A stretch of 64,000 bases of DNA. Origin: Octopus vulgaris. Lineage: Eukaryota. The translations under genes were made by a program, and so were the position numbers. The notes under the pieces are model-generated. The model saw only the letters and a list, made by a program, of their open reading frames with translations, did not search any database and was not told the origin of the DNA. The DNA is taken from NCBI GenBank assembly GCA_951406725.2, contig OX597830.1:23622001-23686000 (forward strand), in the 5' to 3' direction. Positions 44,287 to 59,933 of the stretch are shown piece after piece (within the stretch, counting starts at the first letter, position 1; each line of letters starts with the position of its first letter).

Positions 44287-44758
44287 TATATAGTTCTACC
44301 TATTACATTTGGGATTATATTTCAAAGTCTTCGTTTTGGTGCGCCAAAATATCGGAAATAATGTTCCCTATCGGAAATATATTCTCTAACCGGCAAAATT
44401 CACTGCAGAGAATTATATTTTATTTAGAGAGATAAATAGATATGATACGATGTACTATATAATTAATCTATAATTTTTTAGGCAACGGTTTTAGAAACAG
44501 CGGTATATAACTTATATTGTATGGCGTACCTTCGCAGGCAGAAAAAGCGTGTCCAACCAAATCGGGTTCAGTCCTATTGGGATCTCATTATGTGCCGAAT
44601 AACGACTTTGATATCCGCGAAGATACTGAATATAAGATTTCTATTAATAAATTTCTCAGAAACTAGGATAAACTGGTTAGCATGAATTCATGCTTTCTCG
44701 GCAGTTAGTTCGACTATAAATTATTGGTGCGTTAATTCTGCTTTCATAGGACACTACA

Positions 44759-44789
<31 letters not shown>

Positions 44790-44901
44790 CATACATACAT
44801 ACATACACACACACACATACACACACATATGTATACAAATATATATATGTATGTGTGTGTCTGTGTGTATATATGTATATATGTATATATGTATATATGT
44901 A

Positions 44902-44949
<48 letters not shown>

Positions 44950-45069
44950 GTATATATATATATATATATATACATACATACATATATATACATATATATA
45001 TATATACACATATATATATATGCACACACACGCGCACACACACACATGCGCACACACATCCTTTATCGA

Positions 45070-45450
45070 TTATCTTTTACTCATTTCGGTCTTCGATACT
45101 GCGACGGTACCCCCAGAACAATTTTGTAGTCGAATGAAACGATCACGTACTTATTATTTTTCAAGTTTGGTACTTTTTCTCACAGTCGCTTTTGCCGAAA
45201 CGCTAGGTCACGGTGACGCAAACACACCAAGACCGGTTTTCAAGTGGTAGTGTGGGATAAACACAAACGCAATGACACGAACACACATACACACATATAC
45301 ACACTCTTACATACACGACGGGATTCTCTCCAGTTTCCGTCTACCAAATCAACTCACAAGGTGTTGGTCAGTCCGAGGTTGAACCCGGAATGAACCCGGG
45401 ACCATATGGTTGGGAAGCAAGCTCCTTACTACTCAACCACGCCCGCGACT
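45070..45450 (-). mobile_element. Older SINE family B copy
   Basis: CAGTTTCCGTCTACCAAATC and the family head in reverse orientation. Confidence 0.75.
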
Positions 45451-46914
45451 ATATCCACACAACCACGCCTGCCTACTATGTATGATATATATATATACAA
45501 CATGAGACAGGTTAGGAGTGATTACGTACAAAAACATACTGAAATAATTGGTATTTGATCCTCCATTTGAAAAGGAAGACAAAATGCTGATCGCAATTAT
45601 TACTAGCAAGATTTAAAGAAAAGTATAGATAACTTCAAAGAATTAGGAATTAATTTCATAAACGAGAAAATCTGATCTTTGTCAGCTGACAAAATGAAAC
45701 CGACAGACGTTTTCCGGTCAAATTTCAATTGAAAGTCTTTTTTTTTTTCGCATCCGTTATTGAGTACACTTATTTTTAATTATGTAACACAAACACACAG
45801 ACAGGCACACATAACTTTTACTCCCCAAATTTAGCAAATAAAGCCAGAAAAACATAAACAGGCACGGCTGGATTAAGTTTATATTCTACGTGCATACTTT
45901 ACAGCAAGCAAAACTGTGTACATGCAACGAATATATTGTTATATGTTCGAATAAGACCTATAAGGCAAATGACTGGGATCTAGATGTTCGCTGGACGCCA
46001 ACAAACTAGCTGATTTAAGAAGATACATTCACAAAGAAAGGTATAGAAAATTAAAACAAAGCATTTGTAATAATGAATTAATTATTTAAATAAATGTAAT
46101 GGTCGCAAAACGCCTAGCAACAATAAAAACACGGAGAATGTAAACCACGAAAATAGAACAAAGATATGCTACACAAACGAAATAAAACAGGAGAAACCGA
46201 AACTCGTTAACTGCACAGTAATGTCTAACGAAATCAGACCAAATAGGCAGCAATATAGATTAAAGAGAATATGAGAAAGATATAAGAGGAGGAAGTTTTA
46301 AAGATGGAAATCGAATCCTGGCTCTTTTAGTCTAGTTCAAGAATTAATTGCAATAGATCTTTACATGGACAAGCAAAAGTTTATTTAAAGGTAAAACTCA
46401 ACGAGAAAATGACAGTCACAATAAAAAAAAAACAATCTTGTATTACACAGACATAAAATGGACGAAAATACTACACTATAGTTCTAGTTGTTCCTGCGGC
46501 CCGGCTGATGTGTTACGCTAAGGGAGTTAACAACTCGACTGGAGAAATATGTGTATATTTAGAGAGAGAGAGAAAATGGAGAGAAGGGGAGAAAAAGGAA
46601 GAAATAGAAATAGTGGAATCCGTGGAAAAATAAAGAATAGAAAGCATGAGAGAGAGAGAGAGAAAGAGAGAGAATTATGAGAGTTGGCTGCTTCATTTAT
46701 CGGCTGAAGGAAAAGTAGATATTCAAATGTGCTGACTAATACGTTGGAATTTCCACGGGTTCCTTTGGTCAAAATTATCAGACAAAATGGAACAAAATAT
46801 GCAGCAGCCCATGTGATTAAAAAGAAAAATGAGTAGAGCTTCATATTCGCTGAAACATGAGAAACAAAAACCAAGGAAACAACATGGAGAATAAATGTTC
46901 AAACAAAAGAAAAT

Positions 46915-48020
46915 AAAAAAAAGAACTGGAAGTTAGAAAGACATGACGATATCGCCCATCTCTGGTTAAAATATTTAACAGAAACACACATTAGATGCTG
47001 GCAGAGTAGTTTTAATGAGATGCAGACGAAACCTGTGAAGGGAAATCTGTCTCAATCACGAAATCAATAGAAACCACAGATCTTCAATATTACAGATCCG
47101 TTACATGTTTTCCTTCAACATACAGAGCTTAACTGCCGTGATATCGCAGAGATTGGGCTCACACCTAGAAAGAAACAATCTATTTTCCAGAAGAGCAAAA
47201 GGTTTTCTGCAATGGATCAAATGGCTGTAGAGATGAATGATTGATAAACAAAGCTATAACCGAAGATCACGAAAGGAAAATGAAGTATCTAAGCATGACA
47301 TGGATTGATTACCGAAAAGCTTCCGATAATATTCTCATACTTGGATCTTGGAAATACCAATCATGAGTAAGTTCGCGCCAATAATTAGATACATGAAATA
47401 TGTCATAAATAAATGGCTAACGGATTTGCAGTTATTGACAAAAAGATGGCTAAATCTCTCTCTAGTAGAAGAGGAATATTCCCTGGGGACTCCCTCTATC
47501 TATTCCCTTTCTGTCGTGAGTTAACGCTTTTAACCGATATGATGATGCGGATGCAAATGTTATGATAAGGTAATCAACTGTCTTTTGTGTGTGGATCATC
47601 TGAAGCTGTATGCTGCCAAGGATAAACAACTAAACACATTATTGCAAACAGGACACGTATTTATCTAAGAAATCAATATGAGATTCGGTTTAGAAAAATA
47701 CGCTGAAGTGACCTTGAAGAGAAGAAAATTATGAACACTAATACCGTATTAGATAAAGAAGGAAAAATAAAAAAATGAGATAAGAGACTTAGATCAAATA
47801 CAAACATACACATACTTAAGAATCAAAGGACTAGACAGTGTACATACAACAAATACGTATGAAAAGAAAGATTAGGAGGGAATATTACGGGCGTATTAGA
47901 TTAATACCTAAAACTGAAACAAAAAATAAGGTAACAAACGTTCGTTCTCTAGCTGTTCCTGTAGTTATAAAATTCTTTGAACTCTACGCAAACTAGCTAG
48001 ACTAGATAGGAAAACAAGTG
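46915..48020 (+). mobile_element. R4/Dong-clade LINE reverse transcriptase remnant (upstream part probably extends to about 45960)
   Basis: KNWK, PEEQK, MTWIDYRKA (around 47301), RGIFPGDSL (47470), VDHLKLYA (47591), MRFGLEK, REYYGRIRLI and SLAVPVV; many stops. Confidence 0.82.
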
Positions 48021-48029
48021 TAATAGTAG

Positions 48030-48763
48030 TTTCAAATTTTGGCACAAGGCCAGTAAATTCTGGGAGAGGGGTTAAATTGATAACATCAACCCCAGTATTC
48101 AACTGGTATTTATTTCATCGACCTCGAAATTATGAAAAGCAAGGTTGATCTCGACGGAATTTGAACTCAGAACGTAAGGACGGACGAAATACTAAGCATT
48201 TAACCCGATGTGCTAACGATTCTGCCACGTTGCTACCTTTAATAAAATAGAGATTTGATTACATCAACCCCAGTACTCAACTGTTACTTATTTTATCGGC
48301 CGAGAAAGGATAAAAGTCAATGCATTTCGCCTGGCGTACTAACGATTCTTATTTCTTTATGGCTCACATGGGGCTAAACATAGAGGGGACAAACAAGGAC
48401 AGACAAAGGAATTAAGTCGATTATATCGACACCAGTGCGTAACTGGTACTTAATTTATCGACGCCGCAAGGATGAAAGGCAAAGTCGACCTCGACGGAAT
48501 TTGAACTCAGAACGTAACGGCAAACAAAATACCTTTTTCTCTACTACCCACAAGGGGCTAAACACAAATGGGACAAACAAGGACAGACAAACGGATTAAG
48601 TCGATTACATCGACCCCAGTGCGTAACTGGTACTTAATTTATTGACGCCGAAAGGATAAAAGGCAAAGTCGACCTCGGCGGAATTTGAACTCAGAACGTA
48701 GCGGCAGACGAAATACGACTACGCATTTCGCCCGGCGTGCTAACGTTTCTGCCAGCTCGCCTT
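48030..48763 (-). mobile_element. SINE family M array
   Basis: Several body and tail units on the minus strand. Confidence 0.88.
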
Positions 48764-49204
48764 CTTTAGCAAATATATTAATAACTGCATTTAGAATACA
48801 CAACCCATGAGGCTGAAAAGATTGCGGGCAGATATTTTCTTTCGTGGTCAAGCACTCATCAATTTTTTAAGTGGAGGGAGAGAATTTGCACAAAATGTTG
48901 GTGACTGGTGAGAACACTTAAGAGGAACGGACATATTTTAAACATGCAGCATTTGACGGGAGAAGAACTGTTGGCCAAGAACTCATGACTACAGTGCTCG
49001 GGGTTAACTTCGATTACATGACTGGCCCCAGTTGGAGGCTCTTCCTATATAAGGAGGAAAACTTTATCCGTATATTTTTTGTATGCGTTTCATATAATGT
49101 TTTCCTCAAACGATTTTATGAAACCCTCTCCTCACAAATTGCAGCCATTCTTTGTCATTTGACGTCTCCGTGTCAAATAAAAGTCATCATAATCATCGTT
49201 GTCA

Positions 49205-50482
<1,278 letters not shown>

Positions 50483-50982
50483 AGTACTACATTCAGAGCA
50501 AATCTCCGCAAGACGGAAGATTTTTTGAATAGAGATGGATGACTTTTTTTTTCCTCAACCCTTCTCTGTCCATTGTCAGCCTCACCACAAAACAGCTGCC
50601 TTTGCCGTTTTTGTCTTCTTCCCTGTTATCGACGACAACAAGAAGAACGTTCTTTTTCATTTCCCATTTTCTAGAATTTTCTCAATTCTCTGACCAAATT
50701 CATATATTTTTCTATTTTTTTGTTTGTCTCTTTCTTTTCTTTCGACTCTGCAGTAATCACTGTTTAATGCTAAACCTCAGCCTCTTGATGATCAATCATA
50801 GTGTCGCTACATGTAAAAAAGTAAAATCATAGGACAAAAATATTAACCTTCTCCTACAAGGCTGAAAAAAAGACACTTCAGCTTCGAGTAACATTTTACT
50901 TACACTTGGGGCTTACAAAGCCGTTGCTTTACTCGGTTTCCATAGCGTTGGGATTAAGTAACCGAGATTACAACACTCCACT

Positions 50983-51400
50983 ACTCTGAAGGGTCCCTCG
51001 GTCCGTCATAGGGTTAACTCTGAAGGGTCCTTCGGTTCATCGCATAAGGTTACTGAAGGGTCACTCGGTCCGTCATAAGGTTAACTCTGAAATGCCCTTC
51101 GGTTCAATGCAGGTTAACTCTGTAAAGTCCCTCGGTTCATCGTAGGTTAACTCTGTAAGGTCCCTCGGTTCATCGTAATGTCACTCGGTTCCTTAACTCT
51201 GAAGTGTCCTTCGGCTCTTTGCAGGTCAGCTCTGAAGGATCCCTCGGTCCGTCACAGAGTTAACTCTCAAGGGTCTCTCAGTCCTTCACAGGGTTAACTC
51301 TGACGTGTTCTACGGTTCATTGCGGGTTAACTTTTAAGGGCCACTTGGTCCTTCACATGTTTAACTCTGAAGGGTCCCTCGGTTCATCGCAGGGTTAACT
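50983..51400. repeat. 33-34 bp minisatellite, about 12 units (AACTCTGAAGGGTCCCTCGGTTCATCGCAGGGTT)
   Basis: Tandem units visible; the array runs into a minus-strand family D-like SINE at 51400-51555. Confidence 0.85.
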
Positions 51401-51698
51401 TCCCAGCTATTACTGGAACATATTTACAGCTGAGTCGACTGGAGCAACGTGAAATCATGTGTTTTGCTGAAACCCCACAACGCGTCACCCAGTCTGGGAA
51501 CTAAGACCACACTGTTTTCGATCGTGAGTGCAAGCCCTACACAATAGGCCACACTTTTGATGTCGATTCGTTGCAAGTTTATATTCCCAGCTATTGCAGG
51601 AACTCATTTAATACTTTAATACAGGAACTCAGTCTAATACTCAATCCAGGAATCGAATCTACGCGCTCAAGATCGTGATCGCAAACTCTAGCAAACAG

Positions 51699-51925
51699 TA
51701 CATTATTTACATTATTTACATTTGAGGGATATTTGTTCTCATATTGTTTGTTGTTAACACAACGTTTCGGCTGATATACCCTCCAGACTTCATCAGGTGT
51801 CTTGGGAAAATTTCGAACCTGGGTCCTCAATCCTAACAGCAAACAAGATTAGGACAAATATCCGTCAAATGTAAATAAAGTAAATAATGTACATAATTCC
51901 TCATCTCTTAAATATAGAACTGTAG
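51699..51925 (-). mobile_element. Small hammerhead-bearing insertion with inverted arms and 10-bp TSD
   Basis: TSD TAGCAAACAG at 51689-51698 and 51926-51935; minus-strand CTGATGA-A-GTCTG-GAGGGTATAT-CAGCC-GAAA-CGTT at 51761-51796; arms at 51699-51756 and 51835-51892. Confidence 0.8.
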
Positions 51926-52439
51926 TAGCAAACAGGCCTTGCTGTTGCAGGATTAACTTTCCATCTATTGTAGGAACTCATTTGCAGTTGAGTGGACCGA
52001 AGCAACTTGAAATGAAATGTTTTGCTCAAGAACACAACGCACCGGCCGATCCAGGAATCGAAATCACGATTTTAAGATCGTGAGTGTAACACCGTAACCA
52101 ATAGGCCACGCTTTTAATGCCGTACAAAATTCTAGAATAACCCTTAGCAGAATACCACTGGTGAATCTGGGTAGGGTTAATGCTAGACAAACAAAAATCC
52201 CAAACAGCATCCAAAAGGCCATCCTACTGAGTAGGGAAGACTCATGTACCAACACATTACAACCTCTGACCCATGGATGTATTGTCACCTCATTCTTCTA
52301 CTTCTTCTGTCGTACTAATACTTGCCCCTATTCCTCCCTGGACTAAATACTTGCATCTCTATATTACTTTCATCCAGGCTCTCATAATACACGTATCTCT
52401 CCTATGTTCACACCAAATACTCTGTGGCGTACGAAAATA

Positions 52440-52920
52440 CAGGGTGGCGTACGAAAAGGTAGAGCGGGTTCCGTAGCATAATGTATATACATAACGTATA
52501 TAGTTACCAAAACCTGTTCTCGCATACGTTTCCACAATCTCCACTTTTACCACTACCGAGTGCGTCACTTTGCTAAAAAGGCAAGAGATGTTAACTCAAT
52601 GCAGTCTTACAATCAAATAATCGTAGTGCGGATAACGTAGCAAACAGTCGACTAGGTGTGCCATCTTTGTTCAGCATTTATATGCGGGCGATATAACACA
52701 ATGATACTTGCAACCGAAATACTGCAGGCTTCTTTGTGCGAGTAAATTTATTGCCGTATTCTCTGTATTTCACAATTCTCTGACCAAATTCATATATTTT
52801 TCAATCATTTTTCTCTTTCTTTTATTTCGACTCTGCTGTAGTCTCTATTTAATGCTAAACCTCTATCTAAAGGTTATTCTATGCTACGGAGTCCAGGCTA
52901 CGTTTTCGTGCGCCACCTTG
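52440..52920. mobile_element. Tc1/mariner-type MITE
   Basis: About 41-bp imperfect TIRs (CAGGGTGGCGTACGAAAAGGTAG...CCGTAGCATA and its reverse complement at 52880-52920), with TA on both sides. Confidence 0.8.
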
Positions 52921-53054
52921 TACAATCTTGTGTATTAACCTTGTGTATCATTTCCTTTCTGCATTCGTTTAATTGCAGTTCTCAACATATCGATATTCAA
53001 ACTTCACACCGATTCTATTAATTTCTTCAGCACGGGAGGTTTTTGTGAAAGTCT

Positions 53055-53190
53055 TTAACTGTCCTTAACTCTGACTGTCCTTAACTCTGACTGTCCTTAA
53101 CACTGTCCTTAGCTGTCCTTGACTGTCCTAGCTGTCTTTAACTGTCCTTAACTGCCCTTACTGTCCTTAACACTGTCCTTAACTCTGACA
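53055..53190. repeat. Short tandem repeat (ACTGTCCTTA-based)
   Basis: About 10 variant units. Confidence 0.85.
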
Positions 53191-54021
53191 AGAGCAATCT
53201 CTCTCACTAAAGTGGGAGGGCCTGTGAAGGCATTGATGCTACCCTACTCCCTGACGAAGTCACTCAATTTGGACGGGGCAGGGTCCCTTCTCTCTGATTA
53301 GAACAATTAATTGCACCAATCCAGCGTGTGAGGTCTGAGGACGTATTGACACTGATCAACCCAATCAATTTCATCAATATGGGAGACGCCGCGAATGTCA
53401 TGGGCATTGTTTTATCCCTGGATTAAGTCAATTTATACCACCCTTCTCGAATGACCAACGAAGGTCATAGCAGTAACATCCCCTGCTTCAGCTAATCAAC
53501 ATTATCAGTCTCGAAGTTGTGAAAGTCCAGGATATTGTCACCTCTACTGACTAAAACATAATCAGTCTATGAATTTATAAACTTTGCTTTCATCTATTTT
53601 ATGACCATAAGTGGTGTCTGTACTTCTAATGACTTAGTGCAGTAAACTCTATGATCTTACGCACTTTTAACTATGCTACAGCCATACAGAGTCTCTATTT
53701 CTCATTATTCAGTTATTAAAAGAACTTGATCTTACTATTATCTTTGCTATGATTAAATATGATTTCTGGGCCTCTCATTACAAATTATCTTACATGCTTA
53801 TATCTCTCTTATGGTTACAGCCAGTCTCTATGTTCAATATTGTATAATACTGTATACTCTATAAATCGTCCTTGTCAAGAAGTGTTCATTAACATCTATG
53901 ATCTTGCTATTATCTCTATTATGACCTAATTTGATCTCTGCGCCGCTTATTACTAATCGTCTTTCTTTTATATTTCTCATGATTATAACCAGTCTCTATG
54001 TTTAATGTTACATAATTCTAT

Positions 54022-54240
54022 AAGGCGGCGAGCAGAATCGTTAGCAAGCCGGACAAAATGCTAAAGAGATATTTCGTCCGTTTTTACGTACTAAGTTCAA
54101 ACTCCGTCGAGGTCGACTCTGCCTTTCATCCCTTTCGGGGGTCCATAAAGTAAGTACCAGCTGAGTCCTGGGTCAATGTAAACGACTTACCCCTCCCCCA
54201 AAATTGCTGGCCTTGTGCAAAAAGTTGAAACCAAATATTA
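54022..54240 (+). mobile_element. SINE family M monomer, alternative tail
   Basis: Head GGCGGCGAGCAGAATCG and tail GGCCTTGTGC...GAAACCAA. Confidence 0.8.
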
Positions 54241-55623
54241 CATAATTCTTTCAGTTTGGGCGCAAGGCCGTAAAATGTTTAAGGGGAGTGGCAAAACGAT
54301 TAAATCGACCCCGACAGATTGACCTCAACAGCATTTGATCTAAAAATATTACGAGCTGGAAGAAACACCACAAAGCATTTTGACCTGCGCTTTATAATAC
54401 AAGACAGAATACAATAAAATTTATGAACTTAGCCCCTGTGTCTTTTATCACATGACCAGAAAATTCTTAAGGGATACGATCAGTCAGCTCCTATCAATTA
54501 GTCCATTAGATTAAAGATAAAGTTGACTTCGGTAGGATTTGAGCTCAGAACATGAAGAGCCGCAATAAATGTCGCTAAGCATTTTGACCGGCGCCTTTTT
54601 AATACATTATATAATACAATAAAATCTACAAACTTACTTTTATCTCTGTTCTAAGTTTACCAGGTCCCTGTGATTTTTATCACATGGTCAGTTTATACTG
54701 TGGATGTAATCTGCAATCTTTCACAATAGTCATTTTCAGTAACAGCATTTGTTAGTGATGTCTCCATTTTCAATCGACATTAAATCCAAAATGTCATTCT
54801 GACTTTGCTTAACATTCAGCTACCTCGCGATATTTGATTTCTATTTTTCTCTCCGCTTTCTACATTAAAACACTTTAAAGGCAACGCTTTGTCTGCTTTA
54901 CCTCACATCCTAAAACATCTTTCTAGCTTCTGTCTATTTTTATTTTAACAAGGTTTGTTTTAATCATTTATTCTGACAAAACAATGACAAAGGTTTCTGT
55001 TTCCAAATTTAGTCCGCCATCTTTCAGCTAACTCATTGCTTTTTCTTCCGCCATGTCTGTTGTTTTCTGACAAACTGACAATATAACACTTTTCCTTTCT
55101 TATTTTCCAATGCACTGTCTTTATTCCTAACCTATTATCTATTTACCATTGTTGTTTTATGTCTACTCAAACAAGCTTTCCTCTGCTTTTATTTTAACAT
55201 AACACTTTAGTTTTATAATTACCAAGTGTACTGCGTCACTCTTGCCTTTTCTCGTTCGTATTGGCAATATATTTAAAGTGACCCGGAGCGAAACAACAAT
55301 AATGACAGCAACGCAGTAATAACTACAAGAAAAACAGCAAAGCCCTCCCTTCACGTCGTTTTAAGTAAGATGATCTGATAGCACTGACGTACAGAAAATA
55401 TATATAACACAGGAGAGACCTTTGATGCTTTACTTACAAGTTTGTTATTCGTTTTCGATTCCTCTTTAGAAACGATCCAATTATCAAGTGCTACCATTAG
55501 TCGTCCCTCAGGAGAATCTTGAATTTTTATTACATATTGAATACCCCCAAACACCAAAAACAAAAACAACACCAACAGCAACAACAACAATAAAACCACT
55601 ACCACCACCACCACCACCACCAC

Positions 55624-55686
<63 letters not shown>

Positions 55687-55710
55687 AAGCAGATCAGTCA
55701 TAACAAAAGT

Positions 55711-55937
55711 AATGGAATAGAAGCGTGAACACCCTGCCTCGTTCGACGCACTTTCCCCGAGGTTGACTTTTCTTGTTGAGGATGGTTTCTCTTATATTAC
55801 AGCAGACCAGTCAACAATATTTCTCAGCTTCAACACATCCGACCATGTGACCTCTGTTCATTATTTTCCTCTCGTTTTGGTCTAACGACCCTCCATGTTT
55901 GTTTTCGTTCGGTTTCCTTGTACGTCTCCACTGTCAT
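55711..55937. repeat. Dispersed duplicate of 57391-57632 (possible LINE 3' end on the minus strand)
   Basis: Both copies begin AATGGAATAGAAGCGTGAACACCCTGCCTC and are colinear over about 230 bp. Confidence 0.7.
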
Positions 55938-56208
55938 ATTTTTTTGTTCCCAACTTTGACCCTCCGTAAGTCCTAAAGTTGATTTTAGAATTTATGGGAG
56001 CAACTGTCTTTGAAGACTTATATTGCCATTGCATGGTCAACATGAGGAGTAGACAGACAGCCGACATCTGATGAAGGGTACTTTCTATGTGTTTACTTGT
56101 CCTGTTTTCCATTTTTCTCGTTGTTTACGTATTTCACTCGTTTTCTCTTGTTTGTTTACGTATTTCGTGTTATTTGCACCGTTAGTGATGTCCTGTACCC
56201 ATCTATGC

Positions 56209-56319
<111 letters not shown>

Positions 56320-56377
56320 CTATATATTATATATTATTTATTATTTAATTGAACGTGACGCATCCATTTCCCAGTAA

Positions 56378-56441
<64 letters not shown>

Positions 56442-56445
<4 letters not shown>

Positions 56446-56814
56446 CGAGCAAAACGCACCCACCCGTCCAATGGACGGTGCTAAGTTGTCAAACATTTAA
56501 ACCAAATTTTCTTATATTCCCATATGCCTCCCCTTTGAGAAACACTGATTCGACCTAAACTTGAGACACCAGCAAAAGAAGAAATAAAGATAGACTTTTT
56601 TCTATTCCAAGAAAAACGATTATACATATGCACGTTCCCACGGCTTTATCGATCGCTTTCTCACCTGGAATCGATTTTTGTAATTTTTTTCAAGACTTAT
56701 ACACGCCCTGATACCGTCGTATCTACATATCAAATTTGAGCGCAATCAGATGGAGGATACCCGAGATCCTAGAAGACACACACGCAGACAGAGAAGGGAT
56801 TTTATATAATAGAT
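56442..56814 (+). mobile_element. Helentron/HINE-like non-autonomous element
   Basis: 5' subterminal hairpin CCGTCC-AAT-GGACGG (56463-56478); 3' CAAATTTGAGCGCAATC...GACACACACGCAGACAG...TTTTATATAATAGAT. Confidence 0.5.
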
Positions 56815-57928
56815 TATTCTTTTTTCTCTTCTAATTTTTTCTTTCTATTATTTTCTCTTCTTCTAATTTTTCTATTCTCCTGTTTTCTTCTCTCCTAATT
56901 ATTCTATTTCCTTGAAAATAATTCTCCTTGTCACTATTATATAGTGTCGGCTAAAATCTATAGATATATTTAATAATACAGCATAACATTAAAACAAGAC
57001 AATGTTAACGCATCAGTGAATTATTAATTGAAATTCACTTAGCTGCCCCGGTATGTGTTAAATATAAAAATATGCTTAACCGATAAGCCGAACGAGTTCT
57101 GAAAGCAATGTCTCTGTGCTGAAGAAAGGTGCTCAATTTCTGATCAGATAGAATACAAGAATGAAACCATTTCAGCTAATCAACTTTTTCTCTCCTTATA
57201 GATAGATACAAACCCAAGTTACTTATATCTGTTTATGACATGCAGCCTTAGCTGAAATCTATCAATTTATTTCACAGCACAGCACAGCAATGCAGTAATA
57301 TTCTGTTAACGTACTAGGAACAAAGGAAGTCATAAATAATATTTTAGATAATATACTTTCCTTCCCTTAAATATTTATCCTCCCTTCTTTAATGGAATAG
57401 AAGCGTGAACACCCTGCCTCATTTGAAGCACTTTGCCTGAGGATGACTTTGCTTGTTTATTACAGGTCTGCTGTGGCTTGTTACTCTTATATTACAGCAG
57501 ACTAGTCAAAAATATTTCTCAGCTTCCACACATCCGACCATGTGACCTCTGTTCACGATTTTCTTCTCGTTCTGGTTTAGCGACCCTCCATCTTTGTTTT
57601 CGTTCGGTTTCCTTGTACGTCTCTACTGTCATTTATTATTGATTTAATAATGGCTTCAAATTTTGACACAAAGCTTGAAATCTGGGGGAGGGCGACAGTC
57701 GATTACATCGACCCCAGTACTCAACTGGTACTTATATTATCTACCACGAAAGGATGAAAGGCAAAGCCCACCTCGGCGGGTGTTGAAGTGGAAACGTAAA
57801 CACGGACGAAATGCCGCTAAGCATTTCGCTTGAAATTTTGAGGAAGGGGTAAAGTCTTTTATATCGACCACACTGTTCAACTGGTACTTATTTTATCGTC
57901 CCGGAAAGGGATTCTTCCGGAAAGCGAA

Positions 57929-58068
57929 TCTTCTTCTTCTTCTTCTTCTTCTTCTTCTTCTTCTTCTTCTTCTTCTTCTTCTTCTTCTTCTTCTTCTTCT
58001 TCTTCTTCTTCTTCTTCTTCTTCTTCTTCTTCTTCTTCTTCTTCTTCTCATTATTATTATTATTATTA
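57929..58068. repeat. (TTC)n followed by (ATT)n
   Basis: Perfect runs; source of the poly-R ORF. Confidence 0.95.
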
Positions 58069-58204
58069 TCTGGAAGAGGAAAGTTGATCTCGTAGAACCC
58101 AATATTTCACTGGTACCTAATCTCGCAGTCGATAAATTAAATACCAGTGAAACACTGGCGGTCGATGTAATCGACTTACCCTTCCCCTGAAATTTCAGGC
58201 ATTA

Positions 58205-58370
58205 TTACAGGTTCAACGGGTGCCGCATGTCAGATGTCGAAACGATCGCATAGTAACGTGAAATGAAGTGCTTTGCTCAAGAACATAACGCAACGCCCGA
58301 TCTGGGAATCGAACCCACGATCTCACAATCGTGAGTGCAATACCCTAATCACTAAGCCATGCGCCTTCAC
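58205..58370 (-). mobile_element. SINE family D-like head and CORE-like segment
   Basis: GCTTTGCTCAAGAAC...CACTAAGCCATGCGCCTTCAC. Confidence 0.75.
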
Positions 58371-59439
58371 ACACACACACATACACACATTATTTAATAC
58401 AGTTTGATCTGGTTGTATGTGGCTTAAGGTTTTTCAGGTCTCCAACAGAATCCCATCTCTTTCAGGATTTTAATCCAAAGTCTAAAAGAGATAGGCTTCT
58501 TGTGAAGGCCTGCGAAACTTTAAGTCGCATGGAATCGAATCAAACTGTTTTGAATAGTACATGTAACTCCTATTAAATGTGTTGGGTTTCCTTTTCTTTC
58601 GTTTGTCCATTCACTCGTGTGTCTGTATCACACACACACATACACAAAGAAGGATTGTATGCCGTATTTGTTCGTGAGAATGAGCTGAAATTAAAGCAGA
58701 AGTAACGATAATCCTTTATATCTCGCATACACACACGCACACATATACACACATACAAACACACACAAACACACACAAACACAAAGACACTCAAACACAC
58801 ACACACGCACACACACACACACACGTACACACACTCTTACACGCACACACACACACGTACACACACAAAGAAGGATCCATGAGAATGAGCTGAAACGAAA
58901 GCAGAAGTAACGATAATCTTTTATATCTCGCATACACACACTCACACACACACACACACACACATACACACATACACACACACACACACACACATACACA
59001 CCCGGTCACTTCCTCACAACTTCCGTCTGTCGCATTCACGCAAATGACATAGAGCGACCCAGGGCTTGAGTAGAAGACTCTTGCCCCAAGTGCCGCGTAG
59101 TGGCACTGAACATCCAGGAGTTTCCATATAACTGTTCTACCGGAGCCTGACCAGATTAGGATCCGCGCCAAGCAGGTCCACGCAGGATCATCACGCACGG
59201 ATGTAATGATTGACGTCACTAAGCGCCATCTAGATAATGTAGTCGGAGGGGATGAGAAGGTAATTCGACAGAATGGTCGTGTCTAGAATGCCTTCGGCGA
59301 TCATAAAATTGATTGATCAGCGATGATCTGGGACTAAATAACGATGACGACGACGACGACGACGATAGGAACAGGCGTCGAACGTAGAAAAATGCTGGCG
59401 GAAACCTGTAAGAAATCCACAAATGAACTAACCAGATCG

Positions 59440-59527
<88 letters not shown>

Positions 59528-59555
59528 ACTACTACTACTAATACTGCTGCTGCTG

Positions 59556-59611
<56 letters not shown>

Positions 59612-59764
59612 GCTGCTTCGATCATCATCATTATCTCCTCTACCGCTACCATTGCCACTATCACCGTCACCATCACCACCATCACCACCACCACCATCAT
59701 CATCATCACTACCAGCACCACTACCAGGACCACCACCACCACCACCACCACCACCCATCCCCAC

Positions 59765-59866
59765 AACCACTACTACCATACTACTACCACCGCCACAATA
59801 ACCACAAGCACCACTACTGATACTATAACCAATTCTAATGCTGTTACCACCACCACCACCACCACC

Positions 59867-59933
<67 letters not shown>

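Noticed and set aside
50983-51400. CRISPR-like periodicity
   Set aside because: Units are contiguous with no unique spacers, there are no cas genes, and the context is eukaryotic.
56045-56201. CTGATGAAGGG as a hammerhead core (also 17117-17260 and 3260-3655)
   Set aside because: No downstream stem II plus GAAA; a permuted fold could not be built convincingly.
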